This document shows, in pieces, positions 24,263 to 35,622 of a DNA stretch of 64,000 nt. This DNA comes from Schmidtea polychroa (Eukaryota). Each line of letters begins with the position of its first letter. The stretch's first letter is position 1. The stretch is from NCBI GenBank assembly GCA_044892525.1, contig CM097885.1:8620001-8684000 (forward strand), written 5' to 3'. Below the pieces are notes generated by a model, which made no database searches, was not told the DNA's origin, and saw only the letters and a list, made by a program, of their open reading frames with translations. A program made the translations under genes and the position numbers.

Positions 24263-25479
24263 TTTGTGGTAAATCTGAATTATGTATATTTGATAGACCA
24301 TCGCTCCAGGCTGTAATAGAATTTGGGGCATTTGAGGAAGTTTTTCCTATGAATTCAATTACCGATAGTAGAAATGATATCGTGTTTTATATTAATGGTT
24401 CGCAAACCGAATATTTAGATTTGAACGATACTTTATTGACTGTTCAGATTAAGGTTGTAGATAAAGATAGAAAAGCTTTGGATGCCAATGCAGATGTAAT
24501 ACCGAACAATTTCCTGTTTCATACTCTTTTTAAAGATGCAATGTTGGGATTTAATAATATCAAGATTGAGGGCGGAAATAATACATTCATTCACAAGGCA
24601 TTAATAGAAACTATTTTAAATTACAATTCCGATACTAAAAATACATGTCTTACTCCTATGGGTTATGGCAGTGATGATGAAAGAAAAAAGTGGGTAAAAG
24701 GCTCAAAGGTTTTCACCATGTGCTCATCATTACAACTTGATTTTATGGATCAACCAAAATATTTACTACCGGGAGTTAATGTACATATTAGACTGAAAAG
24801 GTCTGATTCTGCATTATCTCTTACTAGTGCAACTACTACACCAATATGTCAATTAGTTGATGCAAAATTATTGGTGAGAAGAGTTCGAGTAGACCCCTCA
24901 GTATTAGCAGGTCATCAATTGGGTCTTAATTCAAAACATGCAATTTATCCATTAAAAACAAAGGAAATTGTACAATTTGCTATTGCTAAAGGTGCTTCAT
25001 CATTCTATAAAGAACAAATATTTGGTGACAGAAGAATGCCTAATTTTATTCTGGTAACATTTCAAAGTGAAGCACAATATAATGGATCATATACTGCGTC
25101 CACCTCAATTTTCAAAAACTTTGGTGTTACTTCATTGACTTTGTCGAAAAATACTGATTATAGAGAAACATATATTCAAGATTTCGAGAATGATAATTAC
25201 TGTGCGACATATATGCAGAGTATTGTTAGAAATCTGGGTTATTTAGATAAAAATTTGAATTGTGGAATAACTCTAGAAGATTTTAAAAGCAAATACCCAT
25301 TTTTTACATTAGTTTTAGCCCCTGATTTTGATTTAAATCAAAGTCAATTACCTCAAAATGGAAATTTACGACTGGATATAAAGTTTGCAAAAGCTATTAC
25401 TGAACCAGTACATGTTATAATATATGGAGTATTTGAAAATGAAGTTCAAATTACTGCAAATAGAACAGTGTTAGTATAA
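24259..25479 (+). CDS. Major capsid protein (double jelly-roll), intact 406 aa
   Basis: KSELCIF..P..Q..I N-terminus, YLDLNDTLL, QPKYLLPGV..IRL.R, GNLRLDIKFA and C-terminal ITANRTV typical of Polinton MCP. Confidence 0.92.
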   Translation: MICGKSELCIFDRPSLQAVIEFGAFEEVFPMNSITDSRNDIVFYINGSQTEYLDLNDTLLTVQIKVVDKDRKALDANADVIPNNFLFHTLFKDAMLGFNNIKIEGGNNTFIHKALIETILNYNSDTKNTCLTPMGYGSDDERKKWVKGSKVFTMCSSLQLDFMDQPKYLLPGVNVHIRLKRSDSALSLTSATTTPICQLVDAKLLVRRVRVDPSVLAGHQLGLNSKHAIYPLKTKEIVQFAIAKGASSFYKEQIFGDRRMPNFILVTFQSEAQYNGSYTASTSIFKNFGVTSLTLSKNTDYRETYIQDFENDNYCATYMQSIVRNLGYLDKNLNCGITLEDFKSKYPFFTLVLAPDFDLNQSQLPQNGNLRLDIKFAKAITEPVHVIIYGVFENEVQITANRTVLV

Positions 25480-25506
25480 ATGTATATTGAAACATAAAAA
25501 GTTGTC

Positions 25507-25891
25507 ATGGAGTAAGTTGTTTTTTATACTCTGGATTTATTTAAGTAGTTCTGTTCAGGTCAATAAAATCGGAAAACAGATATTGGGAAATGAATTTGTT
25601 TGAGTTTTTCCTCTTGATAAAATTCCATATTTGAGCAATAATCAAGCAATAATCGTCAATACTCAATCGTCTCATCTTGGTGGAGAACATTGGATAGCTA
25701 TATATGTGAAACCTGGTAATATATTCGTGTTCGATCCTATGGGTTTTTATTACCCGGCTTTGTTGATATCAAAACTGCAAACAATGGGGAAACCTATTGT
25801 GTATAATAAAATTATGTTTCAAAATCCTTTGACCAAAACATGTGGTCAACATTGTTTAGCTTGGTTATTGTACAAAAAATCTGATGTTTAA
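25507..25891 (+). pseudogene. Adenain-like (Ulp1-fold) cysteine maturation protease
   Basis: H (GEHW), D (FDPMG), Q (FQN), C (TCGQHC); inferred intron 25512-25548 gives an MDSVQVNKI start; TGA at 25601-25603 replaces G of FV(G)VFPLD. Confidence 0.88.
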
Positions 25892-26154
25892 TAAATTTGA
25901 TGTTTAATAAATGTATCCTTTCCTTTGTTGTTGTGATTAATATTATTATTTTAATATTATTATTATTTTTAATTAATATTATTATTATTTCGAAAAATAT
26001 TATTATTTTTAATTAATTTTATTATTATTCATATAAATATTATTAATTCGAGATAAAGACTACCTATGCCTGAAGCATGCACAGTGCAAGTTAACAAAGG
26101 CATGACTAACAAAGACAGTCACATGTAATTTCAGAGTGATTTACATGTATGCGT

Positions 26155-26250
26155 GTGATTGGTTGAGAGAGTAAAATATTCAGTGTATATGCGTGTGTGT
26201 CTATATTCTGATTGGCTGGGACAGGAAAATATTCATTCTCTTTATAAACA
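26155..26250 (+). promoter_or_regulatory. Putative Pol II promoter (two inverted CCAAT boxes + TATA) for the terminal acidic gene
   Basis: GATTGGTT at about 26157, GATTGGCT at about 26210, TTTATAAA at 26241, ATG at 26325; similar CCAAT+TATA pairs precede the Bcl-2 and RING genes. Confidence 0.5.
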
Positions 26251-26324
26251 TTGACAAATCTAAAATTTGTCACAATTATTTTAAAATTTTCAAAAATTTT
26301 CAACAATTTTCAACAATTTTCAAA

Positions 26325-26994
26325 ATGGACAAAAATAATATTTTAAGAAGCATGATGGCTTGCGATAATGGTATATTATTTATTTTTATTTATTTTTTAT
26401 ATATTTATTTGTAGATGATTTATGGTACCAGGTGACCGAAAACGAGAATGGATTTAATTTGAATTGCACCTATGGTAATTTTATTTTTTTTTTATTTATT
26501 AATATTATTATTATTTAGATGTTATAATGTTGAGTGACGAAGAAGACGAAATAATAATTATTAGCGATGAAGAGGAATCACCAATTATTAATCATCACGA
26601 CTTATCAAGTAAATTATTATTATTTTTATTATTTAATTTAAAAAAACTGTTTTAGGAAATAGTCAAAGAGAAAATTCCCCCAATTTTGTTGGAGAAACAG
26701 AAAATTTAATAGGTGCAATCATTGAAGATACACGTAAATTTTTATTATTATTATATGTAATTTTTAAAAATTGATTTAGGAAGTTCAATTATTTTGGAGG
26801 ACATATATGATCCTATTATGGATGATCTATATGCTCCCATTAATGTGGATGTCAAGGAAATTGCTCCAGAGACAAAATTATTTAATACCCCTATTCGGGA
26901 TGCTTCTATTCATGAGGTTTTTGATGCCCCCACTTTAACCGGGGATGTCCTCTCTGAGAATGATACAGATTCAGATTCTGAATCTAAATGTTAG
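26325..26994 (+). CDS. 5-exon acidic Polinton protein (162 aa) with tandem SIM-like motifs
   Basis: Exons 26325-26370, 26415-26474, 26519-26608, 26656-26733 and 26780-26994 join without stops via four phase-1 GT-AG introns; DVIMLSDEEDEIIIISDEEES. Confidence 0.78.
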
Positions 26995-27094
26995 TATTTT
27001 TTATTTTATTTATTTTATAAATATTTATTTTAATAATTTCTTAAATTAAAAATAACATTCTGTAGAATATTTAAATTATTTTAAACATAAATTT

Positions 27095-27187
27095 TATATG
27101 AAACATGATGAAAATTATATGAAACATGATGAAAATTATATGAAACATGATGAAAATTATATGAAACATGATGAAGTTTATATGAAA
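27095..27187. repeat. 20-bp tandem repeat (TATATGAAACATGATGAAAA)x4
   Basis: Direct reading. Confidence 0.9.
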
Positions 27188-27236
27188 TTAATGATTCTAA
27201 CTAATCTAGAGAATGTTATTTTTATTTAAGTTTAGA

Positions 27237-27323
<87 letters not shown>

Positions 27324-27342
27324 TTTAATAATAATAATAATA

Positions 27343-27431
<89 letters not shown>

Positions 27432-28086
27432 CAAAGTCGTACCTGATTGGATGATTGACAAATCACCCGCAAATTACTTAGTAAATTTTGAACATTTTTG
27501 AAAATTTTAACCATAAATCAGTCTCTGACTAAAAAATTAATAACTTTTGTACCACTGATGATAAAAATTATTTCTATGGCTTAAAAGATAGATTTTCGTC
27601 TGGCCTTCAAATTGATGTATAATTATTTAAATAATTTTGAAAATTGAAAAGGTTCTGGGAAGTCAAAAGGTATGTCACCGCTAGATCACTTAATAATATT
27701 TTTGAAAAATAATAATAATTTTAACCAAATTAGTGTCTGACTAAAAAATTAATAACTTTTGTACCACTGATGATAAAAATTATTTCTATGGCTCAAAAGA
27801 TAGATTTTCGCCCGGCCTTCAAAATGATGTATAAATATTTAAATAATTTTGAAAATTGAAAAAGTTCTGGGAAGTCAAAAGGTATGTCACCGCTAGATCA
27901 CTTAATAATAATAATCGATAATTAAAACAAAAAAAAAATCTTTGTTTCAATGACCTCGATGAGTCATTGTCTTTGTTAAAAATTTGACCTTGAAAAAAAA
28001 ATTTCTTAAAAATTTTTTCCCCCCCCGGGGGGGGGGGGTAGGTGATCTAGCGGTGACATGATCTGGCGGTGACACATCCATCTACT
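27432..28086 (-). repeat. Right TIR of the Polinton with an internal about 215-bp tandem duplication
   Basis: About 27505-27697 is repeated at about 27719-27908; preceded by (AAT)n at 27237-27430. Confidence 0.93.
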
Positions 28087-28399
28087 TAAATAAGATATAA
28101 AATAACTTTTTGTAAGTTTTCTAAAATAAAATCATTCTGAATATATCCGTAATATTTGTCTAAACTTCTTATTTATTAAACTGTATCATTTTACATTAAT
28201 TCTGAAACTGAATTTTAAATTTTAACTTTGTTTCCGTCACTAATCAGAATTTTTGTTTACTTATTCTGAGAAATCCAATTCATTTTGATAAATACCACTA
28301 AATCACGAAACTCAACTTTTATTTCCACAATTTGTTAGTTGAAACCTTTTGTCAAGAGTTTTCAAATGTGTATTTTATTTTGCTCATATGCAATATTTT

Positions 28400-29179
28400 T
28401 ATAAAATAGTTTTATCAATTGCGATTATATTTAGCTTATTAAACATTCCATTATTTGTAATAATATTTTTTTAATATTTATTTGGCTTTGAAAATTCTAT
28501 TACAATATTGTAGCTAATAAAATAAAAATTTTAATTATTATAGCATTGTGATCGTGATTTGGCTGCAATACTGACTGGAAACTTCTATCTGTATTGTTGA
28601 TAAGAGTTTTGTTGTTGAGCTTCATCATTTTCGTTTTCTTCTTAAAAGTGCGCATGTTTCTAGTTTCTGATTATTTAAACAATCCTTTTTTTCTCTTAGT
28701 AAATTTTTAATATAAATATTTAACATAAATATATAAATTTTTAATATAATATATAAAACTTCTATAAAATGGGCGCACTACATACAATCCATGCATTTCA
28801 ATGCATCATTTCCCTAGTGCAAAATGAAGTCCCACGATGTCTTTTTCTGTCTTATTATAACATTTTAGAATTTTCACCTCTGATTACTTTTCAATTGACA
28901 TTGTATTTATTAAAAAATTGACTATGAATTAGTAATATTTCGATATTCACGAATTTTCGGCACTGCCTTTTCAAGTGATTTTTGTTCTTGGTTAGAGAAA
29001 TCTTTACTTTCTATTTAATCATTTGAATATTAAAGTAAATTTACTAACAAACTATAAATACATAATGCAATATTTAAAAAGACACAACTTTTATTTTTAT
29101 AAACTTCATCCAATTTATAAAATCAATTAATTAAATTGTATATTCACAACGAAAGTCCGAACATAAATCAAAACACTCA
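28400..29179. repeat. Inverted copy of the 11335-12135 repeat
   Basis: See partner; similarity stops where the AGTAG terminus at 29182 begins. Confidence 0.85.
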
Positions 29180-29181
29180 TA

Positions 29182-29838
29182 AGTAGGTAGTTAGTGCATT
29201 ACGGCAGCAATGACCCCCGGGAGGGGGGGGTTCTGCTGCTGTAGACATTTTCTGCTTTTTTGATTACATAATTGCTGCCGTAATGCCCAATGTTATTTTT
29301 TCTGGGATTTTCAATACAAAAATTTTTTTCAATACAAAAAGCCAAGGTTTATTCGGACTATAGTGAGGGGGTCACCTTGGTCCTGAGGATTTCAATAGAA
29401 AGGGTGATCTACACTAAAAAAGCGTGGTAAAATTTTGAATTGCAGTAAATTAATGGCTCAGATTTTTAAATTACAGTAAATTATGGTCTAAAAATTTTAA
29501 AATAAAGTAAATTAAGGTCTATATTTTTGAATTACAGTAAATTATGGTCAAAAAATTTGAATTTCAGCAAATTATGGACTCAGATTTTTGAAATAAAGTA
29601 AATTATGGGTCTAAAAATTGAATTATGGTCTAAAATTTTAAATTAAAGTTAATTAAAGTTCAAATTTTGAATTAAAGTAAATTATGGTCCAAAAAAATTT
29701 AATTAAAGTAAATTAAGATCTAAATTTTTAAATTAAAGTAAATTAAGGTTCAAATTAGTAAATTATGGTCTAAAAATGGAATTAAAGTAATCAATGGGCT
29801 CAAATAAGTTAATTCAGGTTCTAAAAAATTAAATTAAA
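29182..29838 (+). mobile_element. Terminus of a second Polinton-like family with about 30-bp subterminal repeats
   Basis: AGTAGGTAG start, C/G tract, repeats of GAATTA(C/A)AGTAAATTATGGTC; homologous to 55255-55550, which flanks the pPolB. Confidence 0.7.
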
Positions 29839-30285
29839 TTAAGAGTTTGGTGTTCCAGAGAGTCTAAAAATCCTGGCCCAGCTTTTCCCAGATTGGTTAG
29901 TGATTTTTGAAGCACCTGCCTTATTCAAGATATTATAAATTGATTCTAGGTCATAATAAAATAGATTTATCCGGCTGAGCTCTTCTATTTTATCCATCAG
30001 AGCTAGGGCTCTCTTGTCCATAACGGTTGATCTGTCAGTTTCTCCTCTCATACATCTACCAATGTAAGAAGCATTGCTGGAGGTGGGATTCGTTAGATTG
30101 CTGAGATCATTCCAGTTCTGAACGAGCTCCTTGCTGCTGAGGCCCTTTCTTAAGAAGAAAATTTTAATATTATTAATAGCAAATATTAAATTCTCTGGCC
30201 ATGATCCATTTGTATACAATAAAGCATCCGAGTTCTGCCCGGTGCTACCGAATGTTATATAGTTAGTTGCTAAAAGTTTTTGCAC
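29839..30285 (-). CDS. Hypothetical protein or fragment abutting the Polinton-like subterminal repeats
   Basis: 148-codon open frame with higher GC than flanks; no ATG at the 5' end; no motif recognised. Confidence 0.4.
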   Translation of the reverse strand: MQKLLATNYITFGSTGQNSDALLYTNGSWPENLIFAINNIKIFFLRKGLSSKELVQNWNDLSNLTNPTSSNASYIGRCMRGETDRSTVMDKRALALMDKIEELSRINLFYYDLESIYNILNKAGASKITNQSGKSWARIFRLSGTPNS

Positions 30286-30877
30286 ATTTTAAATTAAAAT
30301 TTATTTAATGGTGAGTCACCAATAAATGGTGAACACATCAAGCACCATTATACAAACTGTATGTCAGGGGTTTCTGGTGTAGTCACACTTACTCCTGGTA
30401 GTCAGGCGAAAAAATTCCGATTGAGGCCGGTTGGTAATACTCGAAACTTTGTTTCCTAAATAAATCTCTTGAATCGGAACAGAAGGAATATATATATATA
30501 TATAAACAACATCACATGAGCACACAAACAAGTAGACAAATGAGAAGAGCTCAATGAAGATGACAATAAAAGCCCAGAAAATTAACAATTTCGTGGAAGA
30601 TGGATGCCTTCAGAAATGATAATCGAAATGAACAAAATGGAGAAAGTACTAAAAGTTGTTAGATTGCTTAAATTAATTTATAAATGAATGTATATATGAC
30701 TCTAATTACCAGTATTGTTCTCCCTTATTGAGAATATGCTTGTAGTCCCTAGAATCTCGTTTCAATTTGACTTATTCTCGAAAGCGTGTACAGGCGTCAC
30801 AAATATACTTTAAAAGTTAATATATGCAAATAATATTAGATAAAATGATGATTTTTTAGTAGCGGCATTTATTAAAT

Positions 30878-31034
30878 TTTAAACAATTAAATGATAATTT
30901 AAGCCTGTTTCTGCGAATAATATATTTTATACAAATGAAAACATTTTCGACTATAAGATAGTTGAAAATGTTTTCATTTGTATTACATATATTATTCGCA
31001 GCAAAAGGCTTAAGTTATCATTTAATTGTTTAAA
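30878..31034. repeat. About 157-bp near-perfect palindrome (foldback MITE-like)
   Basis: AAACAATTAAATGATAA..ATACAAATGAAAACATTTTCGACTAT / ATAGTTGAAAATGTTTTCATTTGTAT..TTATCATTTAATTGTTT. Confidence 0.85.
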
Positions 31035-31044
31035 CATTAAATAA

Positions 31045-31596
31045 CTAGGTTTTCCTCGGGCGCCTACGGCGACCTTTGTTTCTGAATCCCAAGTCCTTCA
31101 TGTGAATGAGTTCAGTAAAAAGAATGAGTAATTAATTTTCAGTTCATAAGAATGATTTATTTATTACAAAATTATACACAATATTGCGCGTGAAAATACG
31201 ATTGTCGTTGAGTAAATGACGTTGTTGAGGATTTGGCTAAATTTTGATCGTGGCTTGATTTGCATTTCGAGAACGGAATGTTGCGACATAGAATTGCCAA
31301 TGCGAAATTACTGAAGTTTGAAGACTAAAGGTTCGAAAGAAATAAAATTTAATTTCTCTTACCGAATATATAGTGGAATCTTTTTGACAAAGAGATGTGT
31401 CGAATTTCAATAATTTCAGTCTTTTTAAATCACAACTGAAAATTAAGGCAATTCTGGTTTACGTTAGATAATAAACTAATAATAACTACTTACAATTGTT
31501 AATGATATAATTATAATTTTTTAAAATAATCATAGTAAGCATTTAGCGTTACAGAATCAGTGAGTGAGTGAGTGACCTGAACCTTTATATAGAAGA
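31045..31596 (-). mobile_element. Non-autonomous Helitron
   Basis: A|TC 5' end, GC-rich hairpin GGTCGCCGTAGGCGCCC then CTAG|T 3' end; helicase tail remnants HWQFYVA and TRNIVY. Confidence 0.85.
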
Positions 31597-32039
31597 TTAG
31601 AATTATTAAATTTAGAATATTATTGGATAATAATGATAATTAGATAAAAATGTTGGTAAGTACTTATAAGAGTGCTACAAGCCAGGAAAGATAAAGAATT
31701 GCTGTTCTAGAGATAAAAATAGATTTAATGAAAACGTTTATAATAGTTATTCACTTTGTTATTTTTACAATATGCGATTAAAACAGTTTTCTTAAAATTT
31801 ATATTTCACTGGCATTTTCGTTATCTTAACAAAATATTGAAATAAACATAAAAGGTAAAAAGGATAAAAGATTTTATTAAATTCTCTAATATTACAAGTT
31901 ATATAATTCTTGCCGTAACCAATCATAAGATATCAACGCTATGATTGGATAAATAATATTAATAATATAATTGGTTAAAAATTTGTAATAAAATCTTCAT
32001 CCAAATATCATATTTTGATATTATTTTGAATTGTTTAAA

Positions 32040-32760
32040 ATGATATTTTTGCATATTTTATTTAAACTTTTTCTTTGGAATTCCTTACAGGTGGGTTTGA
32101 ATAGTTTATCAAGTTGGAAACCGGCGAATTCGTCGAGTTTGTGTGAAAGCAATCAAGTTATTTCGTCAGAATCAAACCTGATTTCATGTCTTATTCACTG
32201 TGAGATTAGTAAATGTTGTCAAGCTAAATTTCTGAAAGGCCAACAAAAATGTTTGTTATTTTATTCAAAAGAAATTTTGTATCCCAATAAAGGGTTTTAT
32301 TCGCTGGCATTGAAGAATTCAACGTGTACCGATGAAATTAGTGACAATGATATAAGAATTAATGAAAAATACTTTGCAAATAATAATACAAAGACCATAA
32401 ATAATAGTTTTGAAACTTGTAAGCGTTCTAAGGCTGAGGTTGCAGAATTCAACAACTTCCACGAGGCATCAATTTTGATCAACCAAATTAAATACACTGA
32501 AACAAGTAGCCATCCTTTTGGTCTTTTTAATATTTTTGATTTTTATAGATAGAGAAACGATAAAATTTATGATCGGGGCAATACGAATTTCGGATAAACA
32601 GTTCCAATGGATGAGATCGAAAAAGGTCTTCTCTTTAAACACTACTAGTATAAAGCCAAGTTTCGAAGAATACGTTGCAGTGATTAAAGATCATAACGGG
32701 GCGACTTTAATTAGGTTTAATGTTTCACATCTTGGAGTATTATGCGAATGTTTTCCTTGA
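32040..32760 (+). CDS. Secreted PAN/apple + C-type-lectin-like protein, 2 exons
   Basis: Hydrophobic N-terminus, CxxxCxxxxCC..C PAN-like pattern, intron 32506-32548, lectin-like FMIG...FQW...GVLCE. Confidence 0.7.
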
Positions 32761-33399
32761 AATTTGCTCGGAAGAAAATTTAATAATTTTAAGAGTTTCT
32801 AAAACTCAAATAAAAAATTTTAAAAAAATATTTCGTCAAAAAATATTAAAACATAATTCTATATAAATTCATAAAATATCTAATTAAATCATTTTTATTT
32901 TATTCACTTCTGTATGACTGTACAACAGGGTAATAACTATTATCATTATTTTTCGTAACGAAACTGAAACACCTTACATTCGAGGAACAATTGTATGCAG
33001 ATAACAGTAGCAACATTAATTTTTTGGAAAATTGAAAAATTTCCCCACCTTTTTATTTTTCTTTTTCACACATCGCACAGTTTGACTATCGGTTTCAAGT
33101 TCACACTGATTTTTTATATGACGTTCTAGAGTGCTTTTAAGCACATTCCGTCAGCTGTTTCTATTTGTTTATAAACAAGGTATTTATTTACAGATAGTTG
33201 TTAATTTTTTTTCTTTGTTTTGATTATTTTGGATAAACTATCTCGTTTTCAGTGCAAGATTGCAAGTCTTACAGAGAGGAAGAAAATTACAAGATATTTA
33301 ATAACTTTTAAAGCACAAGAAAATGTCTTATAGAAATTCAAGCAACAGTGTAAAGTCAAACAGTGTATTTTGATGAATAATCTACACTTATCTTCTAAA

Positions 33400-34490
33400 C
33401 AGAAAATGGATCCAGAGATTTCATCTGTTGAAAAGCTAACCAATCTCACACAGATGCCAACAAACTGTCAAATTATTGGAATTGGTGTGGATGAAAGATT
33501 GGTTATTCATTGGTCAAACAAGCCTCTTTAGAAACTCAAGAAAATGAATCCGACTATCAAAAACTCAGCCTCAAGCCAGCTCTTTTCAATCGCAACCCAG
33601 ATAAACACATAAAACTGTCTCAGATTCTTCGGATTCTGAAACCTCTGCTTCTTTACCCAAGTCGCCAACCTCTTCTTCCACGTCATTTTCTGCTGAATGC
33701 AAAGCGAAATATCAAAGAGCAAGCAATACTACAGCGGGTTTACTAGTACAGAAAACAACATTTCTACACATAAAGCACATGACATTCTTGCAACCATTAC
33801 TGAACAGGGTCATGATGTGTCGGTTCCAAGTCAGGCGGGTGTCTGGAAACGAGTAAATTCTGAAGGAATGAAAATGAAAACCAACATTGTTCAAAAACTA
33901 CATAGCAAAGATCCCTATTGTCTCCAGTACTGCAAGGGGAAAAGTATCAAGTAGTTCTGCTGAAAAATATGACAACCGAAATCAAACTTGGTATTCTTAA
34001 ATGTGAGAGTGGTTCTGCCGCGGCCATTCACAAGTAACTACATCAGCTAATTGATGAATACATGCTTGGAAAAATATCAGCATGGTAATTGTGACACTAC
34101 CGCAGTAAATACTGGTCGTTTCCACGGGACAGTAAAGCTCATACAGGATGATGTATTGAGCAAGGCTTTTAGAAGCTACAATATATTAGCTGTCTGCACC
34201 ATGTTCTCGACCTCCTTTTGAAGCTTGTCATTAATTTTCATATTCAAGATCCAACGAGCAGACCAGAACTCAACTATTCCTTCACTGAAAAATTAACAGA
34301 AAAGTATGTCCTCTTCAGGCTGATTACCACCACGTTGCGACAGATGATGTTAACACAGGCGAGAACCCTGTATGGCGAGATGATTTTAAATTCTTATATG
34401 AACTATGTCAGGCATATCGTGATTACAAAACAACTTCACACTGGCCACGAATCAACTGGAAGAAACTCCCAAATTTACAGCAGGTAAGAT
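33400..34490 (+). pseudogene. Decayed DDE transposase (hAT-related)
   Basis: DTTAVNTGRFHG and CLHHVLDLLLK motifs across frameshifts. Confidence 0.6.
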
Positions 34491-34892
34491 GGAACTGACG
34501 TGCGATATATACTTTTTAAAATCATTTAATTCATTTGTAAACATTTTTTCATTACATGATTTTCATCAGATTATAAAAAAATATAATTGCCATCATATAG
34601 ACGTCGGTTTCGCATATATTTATTCAATTTTTAAACTTTATATTAACTTCACTTTGAATGTATGTTTCAATTTTTGTATGAGCCACGTAAATCTTAATTA
34701 ACCCATATCCCCTGATCGGATCGAGCTAAAATTTGCTAGATAGATTTGTCGTCGAGGACAATGCATTCTTTCAAAATTTTGACCAAAGGTACTATAATAA
34801 ACTTTTTTGAAAATTTTCAATTTTATTAATTTTATTAAAAAAAATTTCATTCAAAATATGAATAAAATGTTCCTTTCAAAGTAATTTCTTAA

Positions 34893-35119
34893 CCCTTTCT
34901 AAGTCAAAGGAAACTAAAAGGGATGTAAAACTCAAAGTTTATTAATAATAATTATATAATAAACAAATGATCATAAAAAAATAAAAACAGAAAAAAACAA
35001 AAGAGGCTTTTAGGGAGAAGGGGTGGCACTACCTTTCAGTGACATTGCATCAAGAAATTCCAGGATATTTTTAGTAGTTTAAAATGGTGTACAGTATATT
35101 GCCACCACCTTAGAAAGGG
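34893..35119. mobile_element. piggyBac-type MITE, second copy
   Basis: TTAA|CCCTTTCTAAG...CTTAGAAAGGG|TTAA; ends shared with 3756-3969, middle differs. Confidence 0.85.
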
Positions 35120-35437
35120 TTAACTAGATAATTTTGTGAAATATTAAATATTTCATAGCATTGAGCACAAATATTGAAATTTTAATTTTGAGAGAATGTA
35201 AGAGAGTTTTAAAAACTATGTTTTTACAGTTAGTTTTTAGAGATTTTTATTGGAAAATTCAAAAACATACACAAAATATATAGTAAATAAAGAACAGAAA
35301 ATTGGATTGGATTGGAAAAAAGTAAAAGTTGTGATTTTCTTCCCTCACATTTGATTGGTTATAGGTCGTCTTTTACATAAAATTTACATAAAATATTTGA
35401 TTTTTTTTGTTCAATATTTGTAAATTATCGCTATATA

Positions 35438-35622
35438 CCGTATTTTAGCGAATATAGTGCGCTCCCCTGGATAGTGCGCACCTAAATTTCGCGCTCGATT
35501 TGGAAAAAAAGTTTGAAAAATACCGTATTTTAGCGAATTTTGACCTGTCTTATATAATGCGCATCGGTATTTTAGAAAAAAGTACACAAAAAAAAGTGCG
35601 CACTATAATCGCTAAAATACGG
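35438..35622. mobile_element. Tc1/mariner(pogo)-type MITE
   Basis: TA|CCGTATTTTAGCGAATATAGTGCGC...GCGCACTATAATCGCTAAAATACGG|TA; an extra internal TIR copy at about 35521. Confidence 0.82.

Noticed and set aside
20332..25603. Stop-codon reassignment or programmed readthrough in the Polinton
   Set aside because: The three internal stops are all different codons, and the same codons end genes normally; mutation is the simpler explanation.
26455..26475. LxCxE Rb-binding motif in the terminal acidic protein
   Set aside because: The sequence is LNCTY; it lacks the required acidic residue.
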